From the NCBI RefSeq assembly GCF_947568905.1, contig NC_079165.1:4030001-4094000 (forward strand): DNA of 64,000 nucleotides, written 5' to 3'. Below, piece after piece: positions 25,601 to 36,148 of the stretch. The number at the start of each line of letters is the position of its first letter. Position 1 is the first letter of the stretch. Made by a program: the position numbers and the translations under genes. The DNA comes from Ostrea edulis (taxonomy: Eukaryota). A model generated the notes under the pieces. It was given only the letters and a program-made list of their open reading frames with translations, searched no databases and was not told where the DNA came from.

Positions 25601-28600
25601 TTTTTGTTTTTGATAAAAATGAATTAGATAATTTTAAGCATATTAAAACTAAAATCTACAAATAGCCACAGGGTACTGGGAATAACTGATTCCTGGACGG
25701 AACCGGGGGGAGTGAAATGGGATGTGACCTTGTGTAACCTGTTGGCGTGGCTGATTGTGTTTTTGGTCTTGTCCAAAGGTATCAAATCCNNNNNNNNNNN
25801 NNNNNNNNNNNNNNNNNNNNNNNNNNNNNNNNNNNNNNNNNNNNNNNNNNNNNNNNNNNNNNNNNNNNNNNNNNNNNNNNNNNNNNNNNNNNNNNNNNNN
25901 NNNNNNNNNNNNNNNNNNNNNNNNNNNNGTCATTTGATATACGTTTTTGAAATTACAATCGTCAAAAAATCTTGAATAATTTTAAGTCCTTTCTCATACC
26001 AGTCTTTGATAAAAACTGGTTTTGGTACGTGATTCTCCAAATTGACCAGCTACTCTTATTTTCTTACAGGTTGTATACTTTACAGCCATATTTCCGTACA
26101 TCCTGCTCACAGTCTTGCTGGTTCGAGGGTTAACTTTGGAAGGGTCTTACTCGGGTGTCATGTACTACTTAACACCAAACTGGGATCGACTGACGCAAGC
26201 CAGTGTAGGGTTCTACTGATTCAGCATTATTCTTATTCAAAATTTTATCTACACATTCAATAAAAAGTTTGACAACAGTGTCTGTGGTTTTGTGGTATAG
26301 GTTTGGTCTGATGCCGCAGTACAGATTTTCTACTCACTCAGTGCCTGTTCAGGTGGACTGATTGCCATGGCGAGTTACAACAAGTTTAATAATAATGTAC
26401 TAAGGTATGTTACTATTTTTCTATTCAACCGTCGTAGTAGTAGTGGGAATAATAGTAGTAGTTGCTGTTTTGTAGTAGTAGTAGGAGGAGTAATAGTAGT
26501 ATAATAATAATAATGATAGTAGTAGTAGAACTAATATTGATAGTAGTTGTTGTTAGTAAAAAATATTACATGTTTTGGTGGATGACAATTTCACGTGTTA
26601 CCCTACAAAAAATATTTTTTAGTTATATGCATTTAACAACGGTTAAACATACGCGCAAACATTTTGCGCATTTAACCATTTTTATACTGCAGCGCGTCGT
26701 GATGCATTGTCAACCGTTGTTATGTACTGTTACCCGGGGGCGTGGTTTATGCAAGCTGTAGGGTTAAAGTACCTTTTATCAAATTTTTCTAAACCAATCA
26801 CATTCGTCTAATTTGAGAGGGACGTTAAAGAGTATACAATCAATCTAATTTACATTAAAGTATAACAATATAAGTTGTTCTTATTGTTTTGTTGACATTG
26901 TTGTGCACATTCAGTACTAGTAGTAATTATTGTTAGAATTGTTTGTTGTTGGCAGTGTTGATGTAATTTGCAATACACCATTCATGTTTTTATCTTTCAG
27001 GGATTCGTTGCTGGTCCCCATAATAAACTGCTTCACGAGCTTCTATGCCGGCTTTGTTATCTTCTCAGTTCTTGGCTATATGGCAGAATACAAACAGGAG
27101 TCAATGGACAATGTTGTTGATGGAGGTAATCCTATGAATGGATGAAAGGAAGCAAGGAATTGAAATATAACATGTACATTATACGAATGCACACAAAACT
27201 GTCATATTTTACAATAGTTGTAGAGCTACAGCCATCCGAAATTGCAGATTTTCCCGTTGAGCTACGGTTCTGTCGCTAATTTTGTTTCTTATTGTTATAT
27301 CAAACAGGACCAGGCCTTACGTTTGTGGTTTACCCAGAAGCCCTTGCACAGATGCCAGTCGCTCCGCTGTGGGCTATCTTATTTTTCTTCATGATGGCCA
27401 CCCTTGGATTCAGTTCACAGGTCTTTAAAACGATCCATTCATTAAATTTTATCTAGATAAAAATAGATTTAATGATATTTGTTTGCCTATCATTGTGTTA
27501 GGGGAAAACATAGTTCAACTATATGTATACATGTATGAAAGGTGAAGATAACGAACAGTGATCAATCTCATAACTTCTATAAGCAATACAAAATAGAGAG
27601 TTGGGCAAACACGGACCCCTGGATGTACCAGAGGTGGCATCAGGTGCCTAGGAAGAGTAAGCATCCCCTGTCGAACGGTCACAACGCCCAGAGTTCTATA
27701 TCTTGATCCGGTAAACGGAGTTATCCATAAAATCAGTGTATCAAGAACGACCTAACAATCGGCATGAAACACGTCAAACAGCATTTGACCCAATGTTGGG
27801 TTGTATTGGCAAACTAGATCATTATAACGACTAGAGAATTTGCGAAATGCTGATTTTAAACGAAACTGTTGGAACCCCTGCACCATCAACTTGTTTGTCA
27901 GTAGCCTACTTCAATTTAAAAACTGACCATACTCAGAACAAGCTCTTGCGTATCGAATCAGTTGAGAGATGTAAACACTTTATGTAGGTGACAATGGAAT
28001 ATTACTACATAAATATGGGAAGTTGACGATGGGGAAGTTTAAATCATCCCGTTTTTCATACAGTTGAGTTGTTAGTTTGCCGTTAATATCTACTTTCAAT
28101 AAAATATCTAAGTAAGAAGCAGAAGTGGACGACTCTGTGGTGTCTTTTATTTCGAGTTCACTGGTATATATTGAAACGACATATGAAGGAAAATTATTAT
28201 TGTTAATAGATAATACATCGGCGATATATCTAAATGTCGAATTGAAGGCCACAGCAAGATAGTTTTTCTTCTCAAGTAGAAGTTTTTGAATAAATGGGGA
28301 TTCCAACAGATTGTTGGACGACCTGATCACCAAAAACAACGAAGATATTGTCAATGAGGAACTCCAGCACATTTTTTAATCTCAAGTATACAGTACTGGT
28401 GCGTGGAATCAGATTGGCGTTTAACAAAAAAAAATTCTGGATGACTGATCACTAGATAGGAATATATGCGTTTTCCATTTTTGTTGAAGAAGCAACTCTC
28501 TATGATGTCAAAAAGTCTAGTCTTTAATTTATCGTGAGGAATGATCGTGTAAAGAGTTGAAAAGTCATACGTTTTGATGTTGTGTTTTGTGATTTTTAAG

Positions 28601-30800
28601 TTTACTAAAAGTTCTTTAGAATTTTTTTGAATCCATATTTGATTTACTCCACTTCTGTATATGTAGTCGCACAGTAAGTTTGAAGTTTCTCCTTCACAGC
28701 TGTTAATCTTTTCGTGAGGAGCAAAGATAGGGGCTTGGAAGAGCACTTACTGGATCCAGCCATGTATCTTTGTTTGTAAGGGTTTTTATGTAGTTTAGGA
28801 ATTCAGTATAGGTATGGTAACTTATTCGACCCATTGACTGGGATATTGAATGTGTCTAAAACTGAAGCATGGGTTTGAAGAATTTCGTCTTTTGAAAGGG
28901 CAGTTGGAGTATAGGTACGATTACCAAAAGTGGAAGTAATGCCAAGTTCGTTTAAAATACAGTTGTAAGAATGAGCCTTACAAACAAAGACAACGTTGTT
29001 ACTAGCTTTGTCAGCTGGAACCAAAACATATTCCTCATGTAACCTATCTAATTCTTTTATCACTTCTGGTTTACTAAACACAGAAGGATAGATGATACGT
29101 ACTTTTTATATGTCTAATGGGGGATTTTAATATTCCTCTTATACCTTTAATCCATTCTGACAATGTATCAATTTCTTCTTTTTCATATTTAGCTCATAGT
29201 CTGGCATAATCCTCGACATGATTCATAATAGAAATTTAAGTTATATCGCCAATTGAAAGACCGAGGTTCTCTGTATTTAGGACCTTTTAGAATAAGTGAT
29301 TTGAGGTCCTCATTTTCAACTCCATCAACATCAACAGTAATAACATGTCCAGCTGAAATAGAGTTTAATTTTGTGATGGCAAAACTATGCGTTTTTCATT
29401 TAAACTATTATTGTTTTAGTTTTCAATCACGGAGACAGTTATGACCGGGATAATGGACGAATTTTCCACCTTCTTCAACAACAAACGGAGAAGGATCCTG
29501 TTCAGAGCCGGAGTATGTTCCGTTGCGTTTCTACTTGGTTTACCGATGACGTGCAGGGTAAATATGAATGAATAAATAAATGTGTGATTGAGTATGGGTG
29601 TGGTTACAGCAAACACGTGTATAATGCATTCACACCTACAGCAAAGTGATTTTCATTCCTTGTAGTTTTGAAAACATTTTCCGACCTTATTGGAGATAAC
29701 GAATTACGTTTAGAACGAATCAAATTTTTGTTTGTCCCTATCACTTCGCTGAAAGTGTGCTATACTATTCATTTGAATTCCATTTTGATGCTTTGCTTGT
29801 GATATTGTGTTTTATGGAATCGTGATCATTTTCCAGAAAACTAGTTCAGTATATTTATCATGAAACGACTTGCAAACAAGCTTCACGATTCCTATTCCTA
29901 TCATTTATTGGCTAGGATGTTGACCAATGATAACTTATTTTATTTTCATTGACCAATAATATCGTGTTTTATTTACATTGACAGGGTGGAGAGTACACTT
30001 TGAATTTAATGGACACCTTTGTTGGAGGTTTTCCGCTGTTGTTCGTGGGGCTATTTGAAATAATTGCCATCATCTATATTTATGGTATACATAGACTGTT
30101 CAGTTTTATTTCTTACATTCGTATGAATATTTCATCCCTTTCAAATCCTGTTTCGAAACAAACAAAAAGTATCCTAACCTAATGGATGAAAAGGTTGCTG
30201 TGCGTAAAACAATTGATGTAAACAAGTGGATACATTTATTCTATTGAACCTTTTTCTTATCATTTTCAGGATTCTTCCGGTTTAAGAGAGACATAGAGAT
30301 GATGCTGGGATCAAATATTGTGATCAATATCTTTTTCTGCTATTTTGGGGCCACCTGGATGTTGATTTCACCTCTGGCGTTGTTAGTCAGTAATATATAT
30401 ATTGTTCTAATCCTAGCTGTTGTCGTTTTGTCTGCTTGTCTCTCTGTCAGTAATACAGATATCGTTCTAATCCTAGCTGTTGTCGTTTTGTCTGTTTGTC
30501 TCTCTGTCAGTAATACAGATATCGTTCTAATCCTAGCTGTTGTCGTTTTGTCTGCTTGTATGTCTGTTAGTAACAACTTGGGTTCCTGATGAAATGGTAA
30601 AATAGCGATGAAACTCCACAATAGTTGCCATGACTTCTAATTTCACCTGTTCAATGCTGAAAGTCACTGGGTCATATATTGTAGGAGGGATGGTTTCTTA
30701 ATTATACGCCAGATAGCCAATGACTCCATATGCATTTTTTAAAAATAAAGAGTGGCCCATATAGCTTAAATGATATCAAAAAGTTTAATATGGTCATCAG

Positions 30801-30843
<43 letters not shown>

Positions 30844-31073
30844 TGTAAATAAAGAATTCGGTATTTGATACCGTAAATACATCCAATAATAAAAGTCAAG
30901 AAACACAAAACTCGAATAACATTTCACTGTTAGCGCTTTCGGCTTTAATGCCTCTTCAGACAGTTATAAAAAAAAACTGTCTGAAGAGGCATTAAAGCCG
31001 AAAACGCTAACAGTGAAATGTTATTCGAGTTTTGTGTTTCTTGACTTTTATTATTGGATATATATATATATAT

Positions 31074-31115
<42 letters not shown>

Positions 31116-32962
31116 GGTAATAATGGTCTAAGTTTCTTAGACAATTATAGGAGTTATGAGATTAATTACTATTCGTTATCTTCACCTTTCATTCTGATTT
31201 AGCAATGAAACTTTACAAGAAAAGTCTTCGTATATTGTTTCTCCTTTTTAAACAAACACAAATGAAACAGATATATATATGTAACTGAAAGTATGAAACA
31301 CGTTCAGTTACTGCATTTCGCTTGTTAAATTCATGATATGATGTGAATTATTTAACATTCATTTCACCTAAACGTTTGTAAGCAGTTTTATTCAAGTTGT
31401 GTTATAGTAACTGAAAATATAGTTTGTCTATATGCTATATGAGAATCGTAAAATCTTCCACAAAATGTATTCAGTAACACCACCTTTTTAAAGTGTTCGT
31501 CAAATCAGGTATTTATCTATCTCTTTATTCATTTTTGACTGAAAAGCGATTACGTACATGTAAACATCAAATTTTATGTTTGAGTGGTGTTTCATATTTT
31601 TTCAGGTATTTGTAAATTCTTATTAATAAATCTATTAACATGAATCCCTTACACTATACTGATTTGAAGACCGGGAAGGACATTTTCTACAGGACAAAAT
31701 CTATAAATTTTATTGATTTGGTGAAAAATAAAAATAAAACGTACAGGAATGAAACATTAGAATGGTAAAGTATCTAATGCAATGGACTCTTAATTAATTA
31801 ATTAATATAACGCAAACACAAAAACACTTACCAAATATGAAGAATGGACCTAGCTAGGTATATACGAAGAAAATATATACCAAAATATTTTCTTACGCAG
31901 ATGTAGCAATATCTATCACTTCACTTAAACGATTTGTGCATGACTCAAAAATAAAATAACTTTAATCATTAAAAGTCGCATGATGATTTTTTTTTTCTAG
32001 ATTACATTCTGTCCTATGTATTGATCTTTGTGGTGAGAGAAAACACGCAAGATTTAAGGAATTTGAATTCAACTGATTATCAATTAAGTTTACATTTGGT
32101 AAATGTGTTCTCTCTCGTAATTCCACATTCTTCACACAGGCTGTCATAATTTTCAAAGCCATACAGACGAAACCTGTAACAGATGGTAGCTATGTGTATC
32201 CAGACGGCGGCCAGGCTATGGGCTGGTTGATTGTACTGGCGCCTTTGATCTGGATCCCAGTCGTCTTCTTCTTCGAGGCTTTCAGAAATGGACTCGGAAA
32301 GGTACCCGTAACACATGTTTAGTTCCATGTGTACTTCTACAAAGAAACTCTCTCTCTCTCTTTCTTTCTCTCTCTCTCTCCAACTGAAGTAAATCTATGA
32401 TAAATAGTACTTTAATGTTTGAAGTTGTTCAGTTATTATTAATTTGAACTACGGTTTGCAGGGCGAATCACGAGTTTTGGTTATGATATGTGGGTTGTAA
32501 AATTGAAAATTACTTGTAATTTTTAAGATGATTAATGTGTGTCAGATTTGCAATTATTAACATGTTTTATAAAATAATTTCTTCTGCAATGTCGTCATAA
32601 ATGTATTTCAGTATCTGGTTAAGATAACTTCCCCTAAACATAACTGGGGACCAGCATTGGAAGAGTACCGGGTAGGACGATATAGTGAAGAAAGCAATAC
32701 ACGGAAAGACCAGAACGGCACCAGTTCCTATGTTATAAGCTCTTCCGGTCAGGAAAAATACAAACACCTTCAACCCACGTTCGTCACGTCAAATTCATCG
32801 AATGACAATCCAGAACAGCATACGGTGACAATGGAAAGTGGAAATGAAGAAAATGGACAGCCAATAAAGGACACCGTTTTGAAAAATGGAGGAGTTGAAC
32901 CCCAGGAGCCAAATGTTTCGTTCAAGAATCCAGGTTTCGAAAACGATGAGGGAAAATATTGA
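16177..32962 (+). CDS. SLC6 (NSS) sodium- and chloride-dependent amino-acid-type transporter, GlyT/PROT-like
   Basis: Exons: 16177-16188 (MPKE, tentative; GAG|GTAAGC, phase fits), 22040-22154 ([14 protein letters not shown]), 22724-22855, 24141-24350, 25510-25570, 25666-gap, 26070-26204, 26301-26404 ([12 protein letters not shown]), 27001-27125, 27308-27420 ([12 protein letters not shown]), 29420-29557, 29985-30084, 30270-30385, 32140-32301, 32612-32962. All visible junctions are GT-AG and in phase. Gly in TM1 marks an amino-acid rather than monoamine transporter. Confidence 0.93.
16369..17269. mobile_element. Non-autonomous TIR element of about 900 bp with GGCGGCCGCC subterminal repeats and an internal (CT)n
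   Basis: TA|CAGAAACCGATAGGTGCCAGGGTATAGAAT ... ATTCTATACCCTGGCACCTATCGGCTTCCG|TA; (CT)n at 16603-16648. Confidence 0.75.
19595..20580. repeat. Element bounded by arrays of the CpG-rich palindromic motif TTTCGCGTTATAACGCGAAA
   Basis: Motif clusters at 19595-19640 and 20410-20580 around an AT-rich core; termini not resolved. Confidence 0.5.
20720..21297 (+). mobile_element. Penelope-like element 3' fragment with inverted 5' piece
   Basis: Reverse tail at 20720-20840, sense tail at 20955-21297. Confidence 0.75.
22965..23690 (-). mobile_element. 5'-truncated LINE 3' end (RTEX-like ORF2 C-terminus)
   Basis: ORF 23072-23761 contains LRLSSH..IETARY..RLCPLC..DEFHF.FKC..Y..LR, the C-terminal CCHC region of non-LTR ORF2, followed by AATAAA and a (CAA)n tail. 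Confidence 0.8.
23690..24105 (+). mobile_element. Pearl/CvA/HINE-type non-autonomous Helentron-like element
   Basis: (GTCT)n microsatellite, then TGACCTT-rich core repeats and a GGGGGCAT..TCACAAA.AC 3' end, the architecture of bivalve HINE-like elements. A probable reverse relic lies at about 6590-6960. Confidence 0.6.
25116..25404 (+). repeat. 144-bp tandem duplication, two copies
   Basis: Units start at 25116 and 25260; two substitutions seen. Confidence 0.9.
25790..25928. other. Assembly gap (139 N) truncating an SLC6 exon
   Basis: The N run begins after ..SKGIKS. Confidence 1.
27535..29380 (-). mobile_element. Penelope-like retroelement, 5'-truncated with decayed RT, in an SLC6 intron
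   Basis: [39 protein letters not shown] (YIDD mutated) and SASYLD motifs across frameshifted ORFs 28803-29081, 28351-28746 and 27980-28372. The RT is followed directly by the non-coding tail, with no endonuclease. Confidence 0.85.
30386..30570 (+). repeat. 60-bp minisatellite, three copies, starting exactly at an SLC6 splice donor
   Basis: Units start at 30386, 30446 and 30506, with a remnant at 30566; each begins GTCAGT or GTTAGT. Confidence 0.95.
30926..30964 (-). ncRNA. Minimal type-I hammerhead ribozyme, intact core
   Basis: ACUGU-CUGAAGA-GGC(AUUAAA)GCC-GAAA-GCGC-UA-ACAGU: stem I 5 bp, stem II 3 bp, palindromic stem III AGCGCU. Confidence 0.8.
30976..31014 (+). ncRNA. Minimal type-I hammerhead ribozyme, stem III mutated
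   Basis: Inverted copy of 30926-30964 with GAAAACGCUA instead of GAAAGCGCUA. Confidence 0.65.
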
Positions 32963-35054
32963 ACATAAGGCAGGGGACCACGAAAGAGAGCAACTGGTTA
33001 TAATCCACAAAATAATTGCCAAAATGTAATAAGGAGTATAAATTTTGTGATGAAATTTACGTAGTACAAGAACATACCCATTACATATGCACATATATAT
33101 TATATCGGTATGCCGAATGCTTTGCTTTCAATTTGTAGATATCAAAGTAATGTTTTATCTATAACTCTAGTGGCATATATATTTTAATATGTAATCAGTT
33201 TTCATACTTCGAATTCCTTTCAGATATAACGTACAAAAACTCAGGCCTCTTGTCACGTTGTTTGCACGATAAATAACTCCGTAATCGCCATGCATGAGTC
33301 AAAATTTGTGGCACTTCATCTACAGATGATGACGTCTCTACATGAGTGAATTATCGACGTGACGTAAAATCACCAAACAATTCATCTGCCAAAACACACT
33401 TTGTAAAGTGATTGTTAACAGTTGTCCTAAGGCAGGATTTGTTGAACCCACTTACGAAAAAATAAATATCCAAACGTAAAATTTGAAAATTAGCATTACA
33501 ATACTGCAATGATGAAACCTTTCAGCGGGCTCCCATATTGTATGAAACATTTTGTAAAATTCAGCTACTACTCACGTATCAGTATCAAATACTATGTTGC
33601 GTTTATGACTACTTTTTGTAGTGAAATTCGAATTACAAATAAAATGCTTGTATTTGATGTGAACTGAACATGAGGAATCCCACTATGCCTATCTGAATTT
33701 ATTCTAATGGATTACTAATTTATTATGATTTTATCTGATGTTGGATTCTGTATAAATCTTTAAACATGTCTCCAAATAAATCAGAGATAACGGTGACTAG
33801 AGTTGCTTCGATTGTTTATCGCAACGTGTTTTCTTACAATAATGCTGCTAGATCTACTTCGTTTTGGTGTGCGGAGAAGTTGATTTAGCTGCGCTCATTA
33901 ACCCCAAACAATTATTATGTACAAATATGCTAATTTTTGACATCCATACATATTCAATCTGGAGTTTGTAAATGGTTAATGGAAATGGGTAGACATGTGG
34001 TAGAAATAACATGAACGTTTTGCTTCATAGAATGTGGGAAATGGGTACTGCGTCACTGAAAATGTTGCTTCGATTGCAACACAGAAAAGTCTGTTCTGTC
34101 GATTGTAAAGAATTGTACATAACAAGTCCTCCCTGAATATCGCTAAATTGTTTGACACGCCTCTTATATAGCCTTATGAAGACACGATAAAGAGACGTTT
34201 AAAGTTTTCATTAGATTTTCAAACTTTTGCTGAATTCATGTCCTCCATGCTCACATGCTAGGAATCGATAATGGATCCAGAAAATTTTCAAAGGGGGGGG
34301 GGCTCAAATCTGTATATTTTCCGCCCAAGAGGAAAGAGGAAGGGAGTGTGAAAACCCCAAACCTGCAAACATTACCTTTTTGAAAAACAATTGCAACCCT
34401 GTAACACAACACCCCCACTAGATCCACCACTGAGCTTCAAGTTTTGGAATGCCCGATTACATGTACATTGCACGTCAACAATGTATTGATTAGGAGGGAG
34501 GGTCTTCCTTTCGCCATGTTGTTGATGCAAGCAGAATAAAGACCAGTTCTATTCCCCAAAACACCTGGTCCCTGTCGTTTGTTGGTTGAAAAATATGTCA
34601 ATTAATTATAAATTGATTTTCATATGGACTAGTATAGATTTATCCACTGACTTGTGAGTGGGGCAGCTCTTTTATCAAAAAAAACAGAATCATTCCCCAA
34701 GGACTTGCCCAAGGGGAATGATACTGATCTATATATTCATTATTATTATTGTCTAATTATATGGGGGAAAAGAAAACCAAATTTCAATTTCAAGAAGCAT
34801 TTAATTGATGATCAACAAAGAACACCCAGGTCAGTTTGTGAGAGTGTGTATTGAATTTGAAGTACATGTATATGCTGTAAGCCTAACGTTGCTCAGCTTT
34901 GATATTACAATTTTCTCACAGTTTTACTTCTGGTTCTCTCTCTAACTGCTTTTTGAAAAAGTATATGGACAAAGGCTCCTCGGTTTTTGTGTGAGTTCTC
35001 CGAACGTCTACTCGCCAAAACAACATCTAATTATGTAAGGTGTTGTCTACTACA

Positions 35055-35135
35055 TGTACTTGCAATTGACGGACACCTGTGACCTAGATTGTTCTAGAGT
35101 TCAATGTTTACTTGTTTAGCAGAAAGATGACGTAA
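35055..35135 (+). promoter_or_regulatory. Conserved non-coding block upstream of channel copy B
   Basis: Contains CACCTGTGACCTA and AAAGATGACGTAA; homologous to 7235-7325 and shares both motifs with 47210-47242. Confidence 0.5.
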
Positions 35136-35424
35136 TGATTGCATAACTGTGTCGTTGAAGAATGTACTAGAAAATTTATTCTCATTATAAATACACTGAA
35201 GTTTTATGACCGAAAGCTATGGTTAAACAAGCACTTTACGAATTTGGTTTATATTAGTGAGAACTAGGAGTATTTAAGATTTTCATTGGAATATTAACAG
35301 TTGATGTGTGATTGATTTTTTTTAGTAGATTCAGCTCGTCACAGGCTTAATTATTGTTCGCCTGTTGTAAGTTAGTACTTTGTCATAATTTTCTTTCAAA
35401 AATTGTAAATAAATCTTAATTATG

Positions 35425-35574
35425 TGTGACCAGTCGACAGAAGATGCTCACTCCTCCTAGGCACCTGATCCCACGTCTGGTATATTCAGGGATCCGTGTT
35501 TGCCCAACTCTCTATTTTGTATTGCTTATAGAAGTTATGAGATTGATCACTGTTCGTTATCTTCACCTTTCATT
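35425..35574 (+). mobile_element. Penelope-like element 3' fragment
   Basis: Family tail ending TTATCTTCACCTTTCAT. Confidence 0.75.
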
Positions 35575-36148
35575 GATGCCCACAAGCTTGAATGTTTTTC
35601 ATTTCAAAAGCTCACACTCCAACTTTACCAATGATGTTCGTTGAAGGATATGACCAAATTTTTTTTTACCTCGTTCCTTAAACGTTGCTAAGGTGAATAA
35701 ATGCCATGTATGCATCAATTAATAATTGAGTCTTCGTAACATTAATCGATGATTTTTTTTATTAAGATAAGGAAATAAGAAGAATTTTTAAGAAGACCCA
35801 AGAGTCAAGGTGTGCCCCATCATGTATTCTATTGTCAGTCCCATATTACTGGAAAACCGCTATTGTTCTTGGCGACCATAGTGACCATAGATTCAAAATT
35901 AAGATCGATTTCGTGAATCGGATGACTAATTATCCATATTTCCATTACAAAGCCATTTGTTATATCAACATTATCGATGCATAAAGATGAAAAGTACGGA
36001 AAATTGTTTCCTAAATACTAATGAATGGAATTTAAAATCGTTATCCGGACTCGGGTTTGTGCAAACAATCTATCTTACGAAGGACACGTGATCCATCGAT
36101 GGAACAAAACACTTGGAAAATGAATTTATGTCATTCAGCATTTTCAGG

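Larger units (their letters stand above)
30881..31059. repeat. Near-perfect palindrome with 84-85 bp arms, embedded in (TA)n
   Basis: Arms 30881-30964 and 30976-31059 with one mismatch; (TA)n at 30803-30840 and 31058-31113. Confidence 0.95.

Noticed and set aside
25649-25975. ORFs running through X residues
   Set aside because: Artefacts of the 139-N gap
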